A stretch of 64,000 nt of DNA, from assembly GCA_051000215.1 (NCBI GenBank), contig JBPCON010000003.1, forward strand, positions 10,321 through 74,320. Reading direction: 5' to 3'. Positions 54,311 to 63,773 of this stretch are shown piece by piece. Every line of letters starts with the position of its first letter. Within the stretch, counting starts at the first letter, position 1. The position numbers and the translations under genes were made by a program. Origin of the DNA: Acidimicrobiales bacterium (lineage in GTDB: Bacteria > Actinomycetota > Acidimicrobiia > Acidimicrobiales > JACDCH01). The notes under the pieces were generated by a model. That model had not been told where the DNA came from. It did not search any database and worked only from the letters and a program-made list of their open reading frames with translations.

Positions 54311-54963
54311 TGGCACCCTTCAGCTGCGCGCAGCTCGATGACGTCGTGGCCGAGCTCGCCCTCGACTTGCTGGCGGGCGATGAGCGCGCCGAGGCCATCG
54401 CGCACGTCGAAGGGTGCTGGCGATGCCGGCGCACGCTCTTCGAGCACAGCGCGGCGGCCGATCGGCTCATCCAGCTCGCCCCCGCAGGTGACCCGTCTGT
54501 CGGTTTCGAGGAGCGAGTCCTCGCCATCGTGGCGCCAGCGGCCCAACAGGCGAACCGGCTGCCGCGGCGACGGTTCGTGCTCATCGCGGCCGTGGCTGCT
54601 GTGGTGGCCCTCCTCGCCTCGCTCGGCGCCCTGGTTGCCGTCGGTCGCTCCGAGAAGGCGGAGATCGAGGCTGCGATGCTCGCACCCGACGGCGCCAACG
54701 TCGGTGACGTCTACGTGCACGAGGGATCGCCGGCGTGGATCGTGGTCGCGGTGCCGGCGTGGGCGCAGAAGTGGGGTGGTGTGCCTTACACGGTGCGTGT
54801 CACCGGACGCGACGGCAGCGTGCACGACTCGCCCGGCGGCGATCTCGCAGCCGGCGAAGGGACCTGGGGCACAGCGTTGGTCATCGCCGCCGATCAAGTG
54901 CGGTCGGTGTCGTTGCTCGGCCCGGAGGGCACGACGTGGTGCACCGGCACGTTCAGCGCGTGA
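54310..54963 (+). CDS. anti-sigma factor (ZAS-type HxxxCxxC, single TM)
   Basis: ATG 54310 (TGATG overlap with the sigma stop), in frame with ORF 53836..54963. HVEGCWRC motif and TM FVLIAAVAAVVALLASLGALVAV. Confidence 0.72.
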   Translation: MAPFSCAQLDDVVAELALDLLAGDERAEAIAHVEGCWRCRRTLFEHSAAADRLIQLAPAGDPSVGFEERVLAIVAPAAQQANRLPRRRFVLIAAVAAVVALLASLGALVAVGRSEKAEIEAAMLAPDGANVGDVYVHEGSPAWIVVAVPAWAQKWGGVPYTVRVTGRDGSVHDSPGGDLAAGEGTWGTALVIAADQVRSVSLLGPEGTTWCTGTFSA

Positions 54964-55024
54964 GCTGGCAGACCCACCGATAGGTCCCGCACTACGTTGC
55001 CTTGCCGTGGACGCTCCGCTCGCG

Positions 55025-55774
55025 ATGAGGATCTCACTCGAGGGAAAGGTGGCTCTGGTCACCGGTGCCTCTCGTGGCATCGGCCGCGCGATCGCGGCCA
55101 CCTACGCTGCGGCCGGCGCCAAGGTCATGTTGTCGTCGCGCAAGCAGGAGGCCCTCGACGAGGCTGCGGGCACGATGCAAGGCGAGGTCGACACGTTCGT
55201 TGCCAACGCGGGTGAGCCCGACCAGGCCAAAGCGTGCGTCGCCGCCACCGTCGAGCGCTTCGGCGCGCTCGACGTCCTCGTCAACAACGCAGCGACCAAC
55301 CCGTACATGGGTCCTTCGATCGACATCGACCTCGGTCGTTACGACAAGACGTGGCAGGTGAACTTGCGGGGGCCATTGGTCTGGACCCAAGCGGCATGGC
55401 GAGCCTCGATGCGCCAGCGCGGCGGGGCGGTCATCAACATCGCGTCGGTCGGCGGGCTCTCGGTCGAGACCTCGATCGGCATCTACAACACGACGAAGGC
55501 CGCGCTCATCCACCTCACCAAGGTGTTGGCCGCAGACCTGGCCCCGGGTGTGCGGGTCAACGCCATCGCCCCCGGCCTCGTGAAGACCGACATGGCTCGG
55601 GCGCTGTGGGAGCCGTCAGAGGCGCAGATCGCCAAGCGCATGCCGCTCGGACGCCTAGGTGAGCCCGACGACATCGCGAACGCTGCGCTCTTCCTTGCTT
55701 GCCCGCTGTCGTCTTGGATGACGGGACAGCTGGTCGTCGTCGACGGCGGCGCCCTCATCCGCCCCGTCGGCTAG
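55025..55774 (+). CDS. SDR family oxidoreductase
   Basis: ATG 55025 inside ORF 54338..55774. TGASRGIG, NNAA and YNTTK (YxxxK) motifs. Confidence 0.9.
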   Translation: MRISLEGKVALVTGASRGIGRAIAATYAAAGAKVMLSSRKQEALDEAAGTMQGEVDTFVANAGEPDQAKACVAATVERFGALDVLVNNAATNPYMGPSIDIDLGRYDKTWQVNLRGPLVWTQAAWRASMRQRGGAVINIASVGGLSVETSIGIYNTTKAALIHLTKVLAADLAPGVRVNAIAPGLVKTDMARALWEPSEAQIAKRMPLGRLGEPDDIANAALFLACPLSSWMTGQLVVVDGGALIRPVG

Positions 55775-55780
55775 CCCGAG

Positions 55781-56839
55781 TCAGAGCTCACGACGCTTGA
55801 GCTTGCCGAGCGCGGTCCGGGGCAGGCTCGTGACGAGCTCGAGCTCCTTCGGGGCTGCCCATGGGCCGAGCTGCTCCTTCACCGCGTCGCGCAGCGCTTC
55901 GAGCGCCGGCGGCGACGCCGGGTCGACGGGGACGACCAGCGCGACGACACGCTGACCCCACTCGGCATCGCGGCGACCGGTGATCGCGACCTCGGCGACA
56001 CCATCCACGCGTTCGATGACACCCTCGACGGCACTCGGCCAGACGTTCTCGCCGCCGCTGATGATGAGCTCGTCGGCGCGACCCGCGACCGTGAGGCGAC
56101 GGCCGTCCCACGTGCCCACGTCGCCCGTTGTGAGCCACGCCTCAGCGTCCTTCGGGTCGGTGCCGTCGCGGTAGCAACGCAGCAGCATCGGGCCCCGCAG
56201 CGCGATGGCGCCCATTGAGCCGACGCTGACGTCGACGCCTTCGAGGGGGATGCCGTCATACACGACCCCGCTGCCCGTCTCCGTCATGCCGTACGTCACC
56301 ACGACGTTCGCTGCCAGCTCCTCGGGTTGCGCCGCCCCGCCGAGGACGATGGCTCGAAAGATCGATGCGTCGGACAGTCGCCGCAGAGCCGTCGCTACGA
56401 GCGAGACGAGCGTGGCCCCCGCGCTGACGGCTCTTGCGGGGTCGAAGGACGGTTGCACGACGAGGGCGGTGTCCGTCAGCAGGGCGCGCACCACCACGGA
56501 GAGACCGCCGACGTGTGCGAGCGGCAGGCACGCCAGCCACGTGTCAGCGCGCGGGTCGACGGCGAGGCGCGTGCTGGTTGCGATCGCCGAAGCACGTAAG
56601 GCAACGTGGCTCAAGACGACGCCTTTTGGTTCCCCGGTCGTGCCGCTCGTCGCGACGACGAGCGCGTCGCCCGCTTCGACCGGATCGTCCGGACGCATCG
56701 CGGCAACGAGGCGCGCGGCGGCCGCTCGCGACAAGCGCGGGTCGACGGGGAGCACAGCGTCACCGACGGCCCATGCGCGCCGCATGGCGTTGATGAAGGA
56801 CACATCGCCCGTTGCGTCGAGAGGGACCAGACGGTGCAC
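55781..56839 (-). CDS. menE: o-succinylbenzoate--CoA ligase (short actinobacterial type)
   Basis: GTG 56839 inside ORF 55781..57151. ATSGTTGEPKGV, YGMTET and TGDVG motifs and the C-terminal GKLKRREL. Lies in the men cluster. Confidence 0.8.
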   Translation of the reverse strand: MHRLVPLDATGDVSFINAMRRAWAVGDAVLPVDPRLSRAAAARLVAAMRPDDPVEAGDALVVATSGTTGEPKGVVLSHVALRASAIATSTRLAVDPRADTWLACLPLAHVGGLSVVVRALLTDTALVVQPSFDPARAVSAGATLVSLVATALRRLSDASIFRAIVLGGAAQPEELAANVVVTYGMTETGSGVVYDGIPLEGVDVSVGSMGAIALRGPMLLRCYRDGTDPKDAEAWLTTGDVGTWDGRRLTVAGRADELIISGGENVWPSAVEGVIERVDGVAEVAITGRRDAEWGQRVVALVVPVDPASPPALEALRDAVKEQLGPWAAPKELELVTSLPRTALGKLKRREL

Positions 56840-56886
56840 CGGCGAGAGTCTGCTAGACGGGGCGCCATCATTCGCATCGAGGGCCG

Positions 56887-57771
56887 ATGAGGAACAAGTG
56901 GTTTGCTGGCGCCCGGCCACGAACCCTGCCTGCTGCTGTCGTGCCCGTGCTCGTCGGCACGGCGTGCGCTGTAGGGGAGCGACCAGGTGGACTCGTGTGG
57001 TGGCGCGCCGCCGCAGCGCTCGTCGTCGCCCTCGCGCTGCAGGTGGCGACGAACTACGCGAACGACTACAGCGACGGCAAGCGCGGCACGGACGACCCCG
57101 GCCAGCGCGTCGGTCCGCCCCGGCTCGTGGGCTGGGGGCTCGCATCGCCAACCGCCGTGAAGCGTGCTGCGATGCTCTCGTTCGCGATCGCAGGACTGGC
57201 CGGATTGACCCTCGCCGCCGCTGTCGGTCCTCAGCTCATCGTCGTCGGCGCGGCGTCCATGGCTGCCGGATGGTTCTACACAGGCGGCCCGAGGCCCTAC
57301 GGCTACGCCGGCTTCGGCGAGGTGTTCGTCTTCGCGTTCTTCGGCGTCGTCGCCACCGCGGGGTCGTCCTACGTGCAGCTGGAGTCGCTGACAGGGCTCT
57401 CGCTCGGCGCGTCGATTCCCGTCGGCCTGCTCGCCACCGCGCTGCTCGTGGTCAACAACCTCCGCGACATACCCGGCGACGCACAGGTTGGCAAGAGGAC
57501 CTTGGCCGTTCGACTCGGCGACCGTCGCACCCGGGTGCTCTACGTCGCGTTGATCGTGCTCGCCATGCTCGCGGTTCCGCTCGTGAGCGGGCTCGGGGGG
57601 CGCCCGGCCGGCGCGATCGCCCTCGGCGCGCTGATCCTCGCGCAGCGCCCTGTCGTGCACGTGCTCGGCGGCGCCAAGGGACCGGCGCTCATCCCCGTGC
57701 TCGGCGCCACCGGCCGCGTGCAACTCGTCTTCGGCATCCTGTTCACTGCCGGCCTCTCACTCCACCCCTGA
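56887..57771 (+). CDS. menA: 1,4-dihydroxy-2-naphthoate polyprenyltransferase
   Basis: 294-aa polytopic ORF. UbiA-family motifs NDYSDG and NNLRDIPGD. Confidence 0.9.
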   Translation: MRNKWFAGARPRTLPAAVVPVLVGTACAVGERPGGLVWWRAAAALVVALALQVATNYANDYSDGKRGTDDPGQRVGPPRLVGWGLASPTAVKRAAMLSFAIAGLAGLTLAAAVGPQLIVVGAASMAAGWFYTGGPRPYGYAGFGEVFVFAFFGVVATAGSSYVQLESLTGLSLGASIPVGLLATALLVVNNLRDIPGDAQVGKRTLAVRLGDRRTRVLYVALIVLAMLAVPLVSGLGGRPAGAIALGALILAQRPVVHVLGGAKGPALIPVLGATGRVQLVFGILFTAGLSLHP

Positions 57772-57778
57772 CGGGTCA

Positions 57779-58531
57779 CTAGATCCCGTTCGTCACGAGC
57801 CACGGGCGCAGGATGCCGAGGAAGCGCTGGGGCTGCTCGAGGTGCGCTGCGTGACCGGCATCGGGCACGAGCGCGAGCTGGGCGTTCGAGCCGATGGACG
57901 CGGCAAGGCGAGCGCCTTCCGCCGCGAACTTGGCATCGCCGGCGCCGGCGAGGACCAGCACCGGCATCTCCAGACGCCCCAGCCTCGACCAGAGCGGGTC
58001 CTGCACGCCTGTGCCCGTCTGGCGCAGGCTCTCGGCGAGACCGTCGATGGTGTTCTCGCGCCGGGCAGCGCGGAACTGCATCGGTTCCGACAAGCCGGAG
58101 AAGAGCGGCTGGGCGAGCCACGCGTCGACAAAGGCCTCGAGGCCGTCACGTTCGAGCCTGCGCGCCATCGCCTCGTCGAGCTCGGCTCGCGCAGCGCGCT
58201 CTCCAGGATCCTCGATGCCCGCCGTGGCGCCGATGAGGACGAGTCCTGCCACCAGCTCAGGGTTGCTCAGCGCGAGGTGCAGCACGAGGCGCCCACCCAT
58301 CGAGTAGCCGAGGTAAGTGGCCCTGGCACCCTGATCTGCGATGAGTCGGGCGCCGGTGCGCAGCCCCGCGTAGAACTTCGACGAGCGCCCGTGCCCAGGC
58401 GCGTCAACACGCACGACCTCGTGGTCGACGACCAGGTCGTCGAAGACGGGGCCCCAACACGCGCTGGTCTGGGCAAAGCCATGCACCAGCACCAGTCGCG
58501 GCCCGCGGCCATCGACCTCGGCGTGCAACAT
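57779..58531 (-). CDS. menH: alpha/beta hydrolase, probable SHCHC synthase
   Basis: ATG 58531 (alternative GTG 58561) inside ORF 57779..58957. HGFAQT and GYSMGG nucleophile elbow. Divergent from menD. Confidence 0.72.
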   Translation of the reverse strand: MLHAEVDGRGPRLVLVHGFAQTSACWGPVFDDLVVDHEVVRVDAPGHGRSSKFYAGLRTGARLIADQGARATYLGYSMGGRLVLHLALSNPELVAGLVLIGATAGIEDPGERAARAELDEAMARRLERDGLEAFVDAWLAQPLFSGLSEPMQFRAARRENTIDGLAESLRQTGTGVQDPLWSRLGRLEMPVLVLAGAGDAKFAAEGARLAASIGSNAQLALVPDAGHAAHLEQPQRFLGILRPWLVTNGI

Positions 58532-58592
58532 CGAGAGCTGCTCGTCGTCTCCGATCGCCACCGACCTCACACTTGCACGAAGATGACGCTCG

Positions 58593-60230
58593 ATGGACGC
58601 GCAACCCTCGACCGTGCAGGCCACCTTCTGCGCCACGCTCGTCGACGAGTGGGTCCGCGCCGGCGTGACGCACGCGGTCGTCGCTCCGGGCTCGCGTTCG
58701 ACGCCCCTTGCCGTAGCCCTCACCAACGAGCCTCGCCTGCGCGTCGAGGTCTTCCACGACGAGCGCGCTGCTGGCTTCGCCGCTCTCGGTCTCGCGTTGG
58801 CAACCGGGCGACCGGCTGTCGTCGTGTGCACGAGCGGCACGGCAACGACACACCTGCATGCGGCGGTGGTCGAGGCGGATCTCTCCTGTGTGCCGTTGAT
58901 CGTCTGCACAGCCGATCGGCCTCCAGAGTTGCGCGGCGTCGGCGCGCCGCAGACCATCGACCAGACGCATCTCTATGGGCGTTCGCCGCGCTGGTTCTTC
59001 GACCCCGGCGTGGCCGATATCGCAGCCATGGCGTCGTGGCGCGCCCTCGCAGCGCGCGCCGTCGCTGTAGCCAGCGGAGCGCCCCGCGGTCCGGTGCACC
59101 TGAACCTGCCGTTCCGTGAGCCGCTCCTCGGCGAAGTCGGGGCGCTTCCTCCGGGACGGGTCGACGGCTCGCCCTGGGTCGAGCTGACACGAGCGAAACC
59201 GGAATCGGTGGTGCTGGCGAATACGGCGAGGCTCGTCGTGATCGCCGGACCTGCCGCGCCGCCGGGGTTGGCGGAGGCGGGCTGGCCGGTCATCGCGGAC
59301 CCCGGCAGCGGCATCCATGGACGCAACGTCGTTGCGCACGCCGACGCGATCCTGCGCGTCGCATACACCGCGGACCGCCTCGTTCCCGATGTGATCCTGC
59401 GCGTCGGGCGCCAACCCGCTTCGCGCGTCGTCAACGACTGGTTGGCCCGATCGGGTGCCGAGGAATGGGTCGTGAGTGACACCTGGTCGGACCCCGCTGG
59501 CACAGCCACCCACATCCGGCCAGCGGACACCATGGTCGAGCTACCGACAGCCGACACCTCGTACCGAGACGAATGGAGGTTGGCCGACGATGCTGCGGAG
59601 GATGCCATTGCGGCAGTCCTCTCCGGCTACGAGCTCCCGACGGAGCCGGCAACTGCGCGCGCTGTGGTCGCCGCGTTGCCAACGGGAGCGCACCTGGTCG
59701 TTGCATCGTCGATGCCGGTGCGCGACGTCGAGTGGTTCGCGCCGCGCCGAGCCGATCTGCGCATCCACGCGAATCGGGGAGCAAACGGGATCGACGGCAC
59801 GATCGCCACCGCTCTCGGCGTCGCCATCGCCAACCCAGTGCCGGTTGCCGTCCTTCTCGGTGATGTCGCGTTCCTCCACGACAGCACCGCGCTGATCGGG
59901 GTGAAAGCGCGGCGCGTCGATCTGACGATCGTCGTGATCGACAACGACGGCGGCGGCATCTTCTCCTTCCTCCCTCAAGCAGCAGGGCTCGCGTCGGAGC
60001 AGTTCGAGAGGCTCTTCGGGACGCCTCACGGCGTGAGGCCTGAGGACATCGCCGCAGCGCACGGCATCGCATCGCTGACCGTCGAGGACGCATCGGCTCT
60101 CGAGCCGGCCATTCGATCCACGTTCGAAGCCGGTGGTGTCTGGTTTGTCGTGGTGCGCACCGAGCGCGAAGCCAACGTCGCCCTGCACGACGAGCTCAAC
60201 GCCGCGGTGGCGAAGCGCCTCGCCTGTTAA
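58593..60230 (+). CDS. menD: 2-succinyl-5-enolpyruvyl-6-hydroxy-3-cyclohexene-1-carboxylate synthase
   Basis: 545-aa ORF. PGSRSTPL and TSGTATTHLHAAVVEADLSCVPLIVCTADRP (ThDP enzyme), plus the GANGIDG ThDP-binding region. Confidence 0.93.
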   Translation: MDAQPSTVQATFCATLVDEWVRAGVTHAVVAPGSRSTPLAVALTNEPRLRVEVFHDERAAGFAALGLALATGRPAVVVCTSGTATTHLHAAVVEADLSCVPLIVCTADRPPELRGVGAPQTIDQTHLYGRSPRWFFDPGVADIAAMASWRALAARAVAVASGAPRGPVHLNLPFREPLLGEVGALPPGRVDGSPWVELTRAKPESVVLANTARLVVIAGPAAPPGLAEAGWPVIADPGSGIHGRNVVAHADAILRVAYTADRLVPDVILRVGRQPASRVVNDWLARSGAEEWVVSDTWSDPAGTATHIRPADTMVELPTADTSYRDEWRLADDAAEDAIAAVLSGYELPTEPATARAVVAALPTGAHLVVASSMPVRDVEWFAPRRADLRIHANRGANGIDGTIATALGVAIANPVPVAVLLGDVAFLHDSTALIGVKARRVDLTIVVIDNDGGGIFSFLPQAAGLASEQFERLFGTPHGVRPEDIAAAHGIASLTVEDASALEPAIRSTFEAGGVWFVVVRTEREANVALHDELNAAVAKRLAC

Positions 60231-60502
60231 CTGCGCCGCGTCGCCACGACGAACTCGGGCGCGAGCGGACCGTAGAGGTGTGGGAAGTCGACACCGGGTT
60301 CGCCCTCCTCCCACACCAGCGCGGCGCCGAGCCGTTCCGCGTCGACCTCGAGCACCGTGAGCGGTCCAGCCTCCGCGAAGTAGTGCTCGAGAACGCCTTC
60401 GAGCTGCTCTTCGGTGCACAGATGCAGGAATGCTTCGCCGGTCTCGTCCGCCGTGATCGGCGAACCGTCCCACGATCCAGAGAGCACGTGGAGGACGATC
60501 AC
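60227..60502 (-). CDS. DUF952 family protein
   Basis: GTG 60502 (GTGA overlap with the menF stop), in frame with ORF 60227..60679. FLHLCTEEQLEGVLEHYF and FPHLYGPL match the DUF952 pattern as I recall it. Confidence 0.68.
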   Translation of the reverse strand: MIVLHVLSGSWDGSPITADETGEAFLHLCTEEQLEGVLEHYFAEAGPLTVLEVDAERLGAALVWEEGEPGVDFPHLYGPLAPEFVVATRRS

Positions 60503-61680
60503 GGTCGGATCAGCGCAGAGAGCAGCGCTTGCAGCTTGACCCTGGTCTCCGCCAGCTCGACCGCTGGCTCGGAGTCGGGGACGATGCCGCAGCCGGCGTA
60601 GAGGCGCGCGGTGCGACCATCGAGCTCGGCGACCCGCACGCTCACTGCCCACGTCCCGTTGCCTCGCGCGTCGACCCATCCGACGGTGCCGGCATAGCGA
60701 CCGCGATCGAAGCCTTCCTCGGCGCGGATGAAGGCGAGGGCTTCATCGCGGGGTTGGCCGCACACCGCCGGTGTGGGATGCAGGGCGCGAGCGAGCTCGA
60801 GCACCGAAGCGGGTGGGTGCGAGAGGCGTCCCTCGACGAGCGTCGCCAAGTGCTGCACGTTGGCGACGGGAACGATCGAGGGCTCGGCTTCGTAGTCGAC
60901 ATAGGAGCTGAAGGCGAGGAGCGTGTCGTGGACCATGTCGATCGTGATCTGATGCTCCTCGCGCTCCTTCGCCGATGAGAGCAGCGACGCCGCAAGGCGG
61001 GCGTCGGTAGTGGGGTCGCCGCCACGGGCCGCTGTGCCAGCCATCGGGTGCGAGCGCACCACGTCGCCGGCCCGTGCTACGAGCAGCTCGGGGCTCGCGC
61101 CGATGAAGCCGTCGACGTGAAAGACGAAGCAACCCGGGAACGTGGAGCGCAGTCGCCCGAGCACGTCGGTGACATCGATGGGGGCATCGGCGCTCACCAC
61201 CACCTCACGGGCCAGCACGACCTTGCGCATGGACCCGTCGGCCATGGCCTTCGTCGCCCGCTCGACCAAGTCGGTGTAATGCGAGCTCGCCAGCGCGGAC
61301 TCCACCGCGAACCGCGTCGGCGCCCGGCGCGCAACGTCCGGCGCAGCGCTGCTCGCTTGAGCTCCCTCCACCACGGTGTGCCAGCGAGTGCCGTCTTCGG
61401 CGCGACCCCAGATCTCGGCGGGGATGATGGCTTCGGCTTTCGCATCGGGGTCGAAGGGGATGGCGGCGAACGCGACAGGGCCGCAGCCAGGCACCCCGAC
61501 CTCATCGTCGATGTCGAACGCGGACAAGGCTCGGGCGACGCTGGCCGCGTCGGCGGGTACCCGCATCGCCTCGCGTCGTCCGGCGAGGCCGATGCGCCCC
61601 CGCTCGAACACGACGCCAGCGTCGCCGGCCTGTTCGACGAGATCGACTTCGCCATCGAGGCGACGGGTGACGGCCCTCAC
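60499..61680 (-). CDS. menF: isochorismate synthase
   Basis: 393-aa ORF. Chorismate-binding domain (GASPELL, HPTPAVCG, RGRYAGTVGW, VRVAEL). GTG start. Confidence 0.88.
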   Translation of the reverse strand: MRAVTRRLDGEVDLVEQAGDAGVVFERGRIGLAGRREAMRVPADAASVARALSAFDIDDEVGVPGCGPVAFAAIPFDPDAKAEAIIPAEIWGRAEDGTRWHTVVEGAQASSAAPDVARRAPTRFAVESALASSHYTDLVERATKAMADGSMRKVVLAREVVVSADAPIDVTDVLGRLRSTFPGCFVFHVDGFIGASPELLVARAGDVVRSHPMAGTAARGGDPTTDARLAASLLSSAKEREEHQITIDMVHDTLLAFSSYVDYEAEPSIVPVANVQHLATLVEGRLSHPPASVLELARALHPTPAVCGQPRDEALAFIRAEEGFDRGRYAGTVGWVDARGNGTWAVSVRVAELDGRTARLYAGCGIVPDSEPAVELAETRVKLQALLSALIRP

Positions 61681-61684
61681 CTGC

Positions 61685-62383
61685 TCACGCCCTCGTTCCG
61701 GTCAACAGCTGGGCGATCCCGGTCGAGAGCAGCGCGCGCTCGGCGTTGACGAAACCGGCCCGCTCAACCTGGGCGAGCAAGGCAGCGGGCTCGGGCAGGT
61801 AGGCGACCGACTTCGGCAGGTAGCGGTACGCGGCGGCGTCGGAGAGCAACGCACCGATGCGCGGCACGACCTTGCCGAAGTAGATGCCGTGGCCCCAGCG
61901 CAGGATCGGGTTCGGTGGCTCTGCGACCTCGAGCAGCGCGATCCGTCCGCCCGGGCGCAGGACGCGCGCCAATTCAGCCAGGAACGCCTCGAGGTCGACG
62001 AAGTTGCGAAGGGCGAACCCACACGTCACGCCGTCGACCGACCGATCGGCGACGGGCAGGCGCAGCGCGTCGGCATGCACGAGCGGGGAGTCCGTATGGG
62101 CAGCGACGAGCATGCCGTAGGACAGATCCATCCCGATCGGGCGGTAGCCGGCGTTGGTGAGCTCGCGGCAGAGGTCGCCCGTGCCGCACGCCAGGTCGAG
62201 CACCGTCGCGCCGGCCGGCACCCGCAACGTGCGCACGGTGCGTCGCCGCCAGCCGACGTCCATGCGGAACGTCATGATGCGGTTGACCAGGTCGTAACGG
62301 GGGGCGATGGCGTCGAACATCGCCCGCACGGCCGTGGCCTTCGCTGCGCCCTGAGGAAGGTGCTCGGCGTCGATCGCGGCCAC
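61685..62383 (-). CDS. menG: demethylmenaquinone methyltransferase
   Basis: GTG 62383 inside ORF 61685..62962. MFDAIAPRYDLVNRIMTF, VLDLACGTGD and FALRNF motifs. Only 4 nt upstream of menF. Confidence 0.88.
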   Translation of the reverse strand: MAAIDAEHLPQGAAKATAVRAMFDAIAPRYDLVNRIMTFRMDVGWRRRTVRTLRVPAGATVLDLACGTGDLCRELTNAGYRPIGMDLSYGMLVAAHTDSPLVHADALRLPVADRSVDGVTCGFALRNFVDLEAFLAELARVLRPGGRIALLEVAEPPNPILRWGHGIYFGKVVPRIGALLSDAAAYRYLPKSVAYLPEPAALLAQVERAGFVNAERALLSTGIAQLLTGTRA

Positions 62384-62453
62384 GTTATGCAGGCTAGCGG
62401 CGCGCCCCAGCGGGTCGAGCAGCGCAGGATCGGTGCTGTGGCAAACTCGCCCG

Positions 62454-63722
62454 ATGATCGACTTCTCCTTCCCGCCCGAGCTCGACGAGCTGCGGCTGCA
62501 GGTCAGGGATTTCATGGAGACGGTGGTCCGCCCCATCGAGGAGAAGGCTGATGCCAGCGACTGGGGTCGCGACGATTGGGTGAAGGCGATCCTCGAGATG
62601 CGCAGTGCAGCCCACGATGCAGGGTTGTGGTTGCCCCACATGCCGGCGGAGTGGGGTGGCATGGGTCTCGGGCACGTCGCGATGGCAGCGGTGTCTGCCG
62701 AGGCGGCTCGCACCCGAATGGGCCCCTTCGCGCTCAACGCGCAGGCTCCGGACGAGGGCAACATGCACACCTTGTTGCACTGGGGAACCGACAAGCAGAA
62801 GCAGGAGTACCTCAAGCCGCTCTGCGACGGCTTCGCGCTGCGCGACGGGAAGCCGCGCGCGTTTCGCTCCTGCTTCGCGATGACCGAGCCGGAGGTAGCG
62901 GGCTCCGACCCGACGCTCATCCAGACGAAGGCGTACGCGGATGGTGACGAGTGGGTGATCAACGGTCACAAGTGGTTCATCTCCGGCGCGCGAGGCGCGC
63001 AATTCGCCATCCTGATCGCTCGCACCGAGGACGACCCCGAACTGCCCCAGGCCGCCAACACGGCGTTCATCGTCGACATCCCGTCCGAGGGCTGGGACAT
63101 CGTTCGCGACGTCGAGACCATGTCGGGCAGCCACAACCACTGCGAGATCCGGATCACCGACCTGCGAGTCCACAACGACAAGATGCTCGGAGGGCGCGGC
63201 CAGGGGCACCTGCTCGGTCAGTACCGGCTCGGGCCGGCCCGCCTCGCGCACTGCATGCGCTGGATCGGCCAGGCCGAGACCGCGCTGGAAATGATGGTCG
63301 ACCGGTCGCTCAACCGCTACAGCCACGGGTCGATCCTCGCGGAGAAGCAAGGGATCCAGTGGCTCATCGCTGAGTCGACCATCGAGCTGTACCAGGCGAA
63401 GCTCATGGTGCTGCACGCCGCGTACCTGATCGACGCTGGCGGCAACGACCCGACGATCGTCGACTTCCGCGGGGAGGTCTCGATGACGAAGCACTTCGTG
63501 GCCAACGCGCTCAACCGCATCATCGATCGAGCGGTCCAGGTCCACGGCGCTCTCGGCTACTCGACCGATACCCCGCTCGCCGGCATGCTCACCCAAGCGC
63601 GTTGGGCTCGTTTCGCCGACGGCGCCGATGAGATCCACTTGATGCGCACAGCGCAGCGCACCATCGCGACCTACAAGGACACCGGTTCGACCCGAGAGGC
63701 GACCGGCAACCTCCCGCTCTGA
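62454..63722 (+). CDS. acyl-CoA dehydrogenase
   Basis: ATG 62454 inside ORF 62433..63722. FAMTEPEVAGSD, INGHKWFISGA and QVHGALGY motifs. Confidence 0.92.
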   Translation: MIDFSFPPELDELRLQVRDFMETVVRPIEEKADASDWGRDDWVKAILEMRSAAHDAGLWLPHMPAEWGGMGLGHVAMAAVSAEAARTRMGPFALNAQAPDEGNMHTLLHWGTDKQKQEYLKPLCDGFALRDGKPRAFRSCFAMTEPEVAGSDPTLIQTKAYADGDEWVINGHKWFISGARGAQFAILIARTEDDPELPQAANTAFIVDIPSEGWDIVRDVETMSGSHNHCEIRITDLRVHNDKMLGGRGQGHLLGQYRLGPARLAHCMRWIGQAETALEMMVDRSLNRYSHGSILAEKQGIQWLIAESTIELYQAKLMVLHAAYLIDAGGNDPTIVDFRGEVSMTKHFVANALNRIIDRAVQVHGALGYSTDTPLAGMLTQARWARFADGADEIHLMRTAQRTIATYKDTGSTREATGNLPL

Positions 63723-63728
63723 GCAGTT

Positions 63729-63771
63729 CTCGAGGCAATAGGTGGCGCCACGCGCCACCCATTGCCTCGAG
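63729..63771. terminator. 19-bp interrupted stem-loop between convergent genes (possible bidirectional terminator)
   Basis: ctcgaggcaat-a-ggtggcgc-cac-gcgccacc-c-attgcctcgag. An 11 + 8 bp stem with one A/C mismatch and a 3-nt loop, starting 7 nt after the acyl-CoA dehydrogenase stop. No clear U-tract. Confidence 0.5.
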
Positions 63772-63773
63772 TT

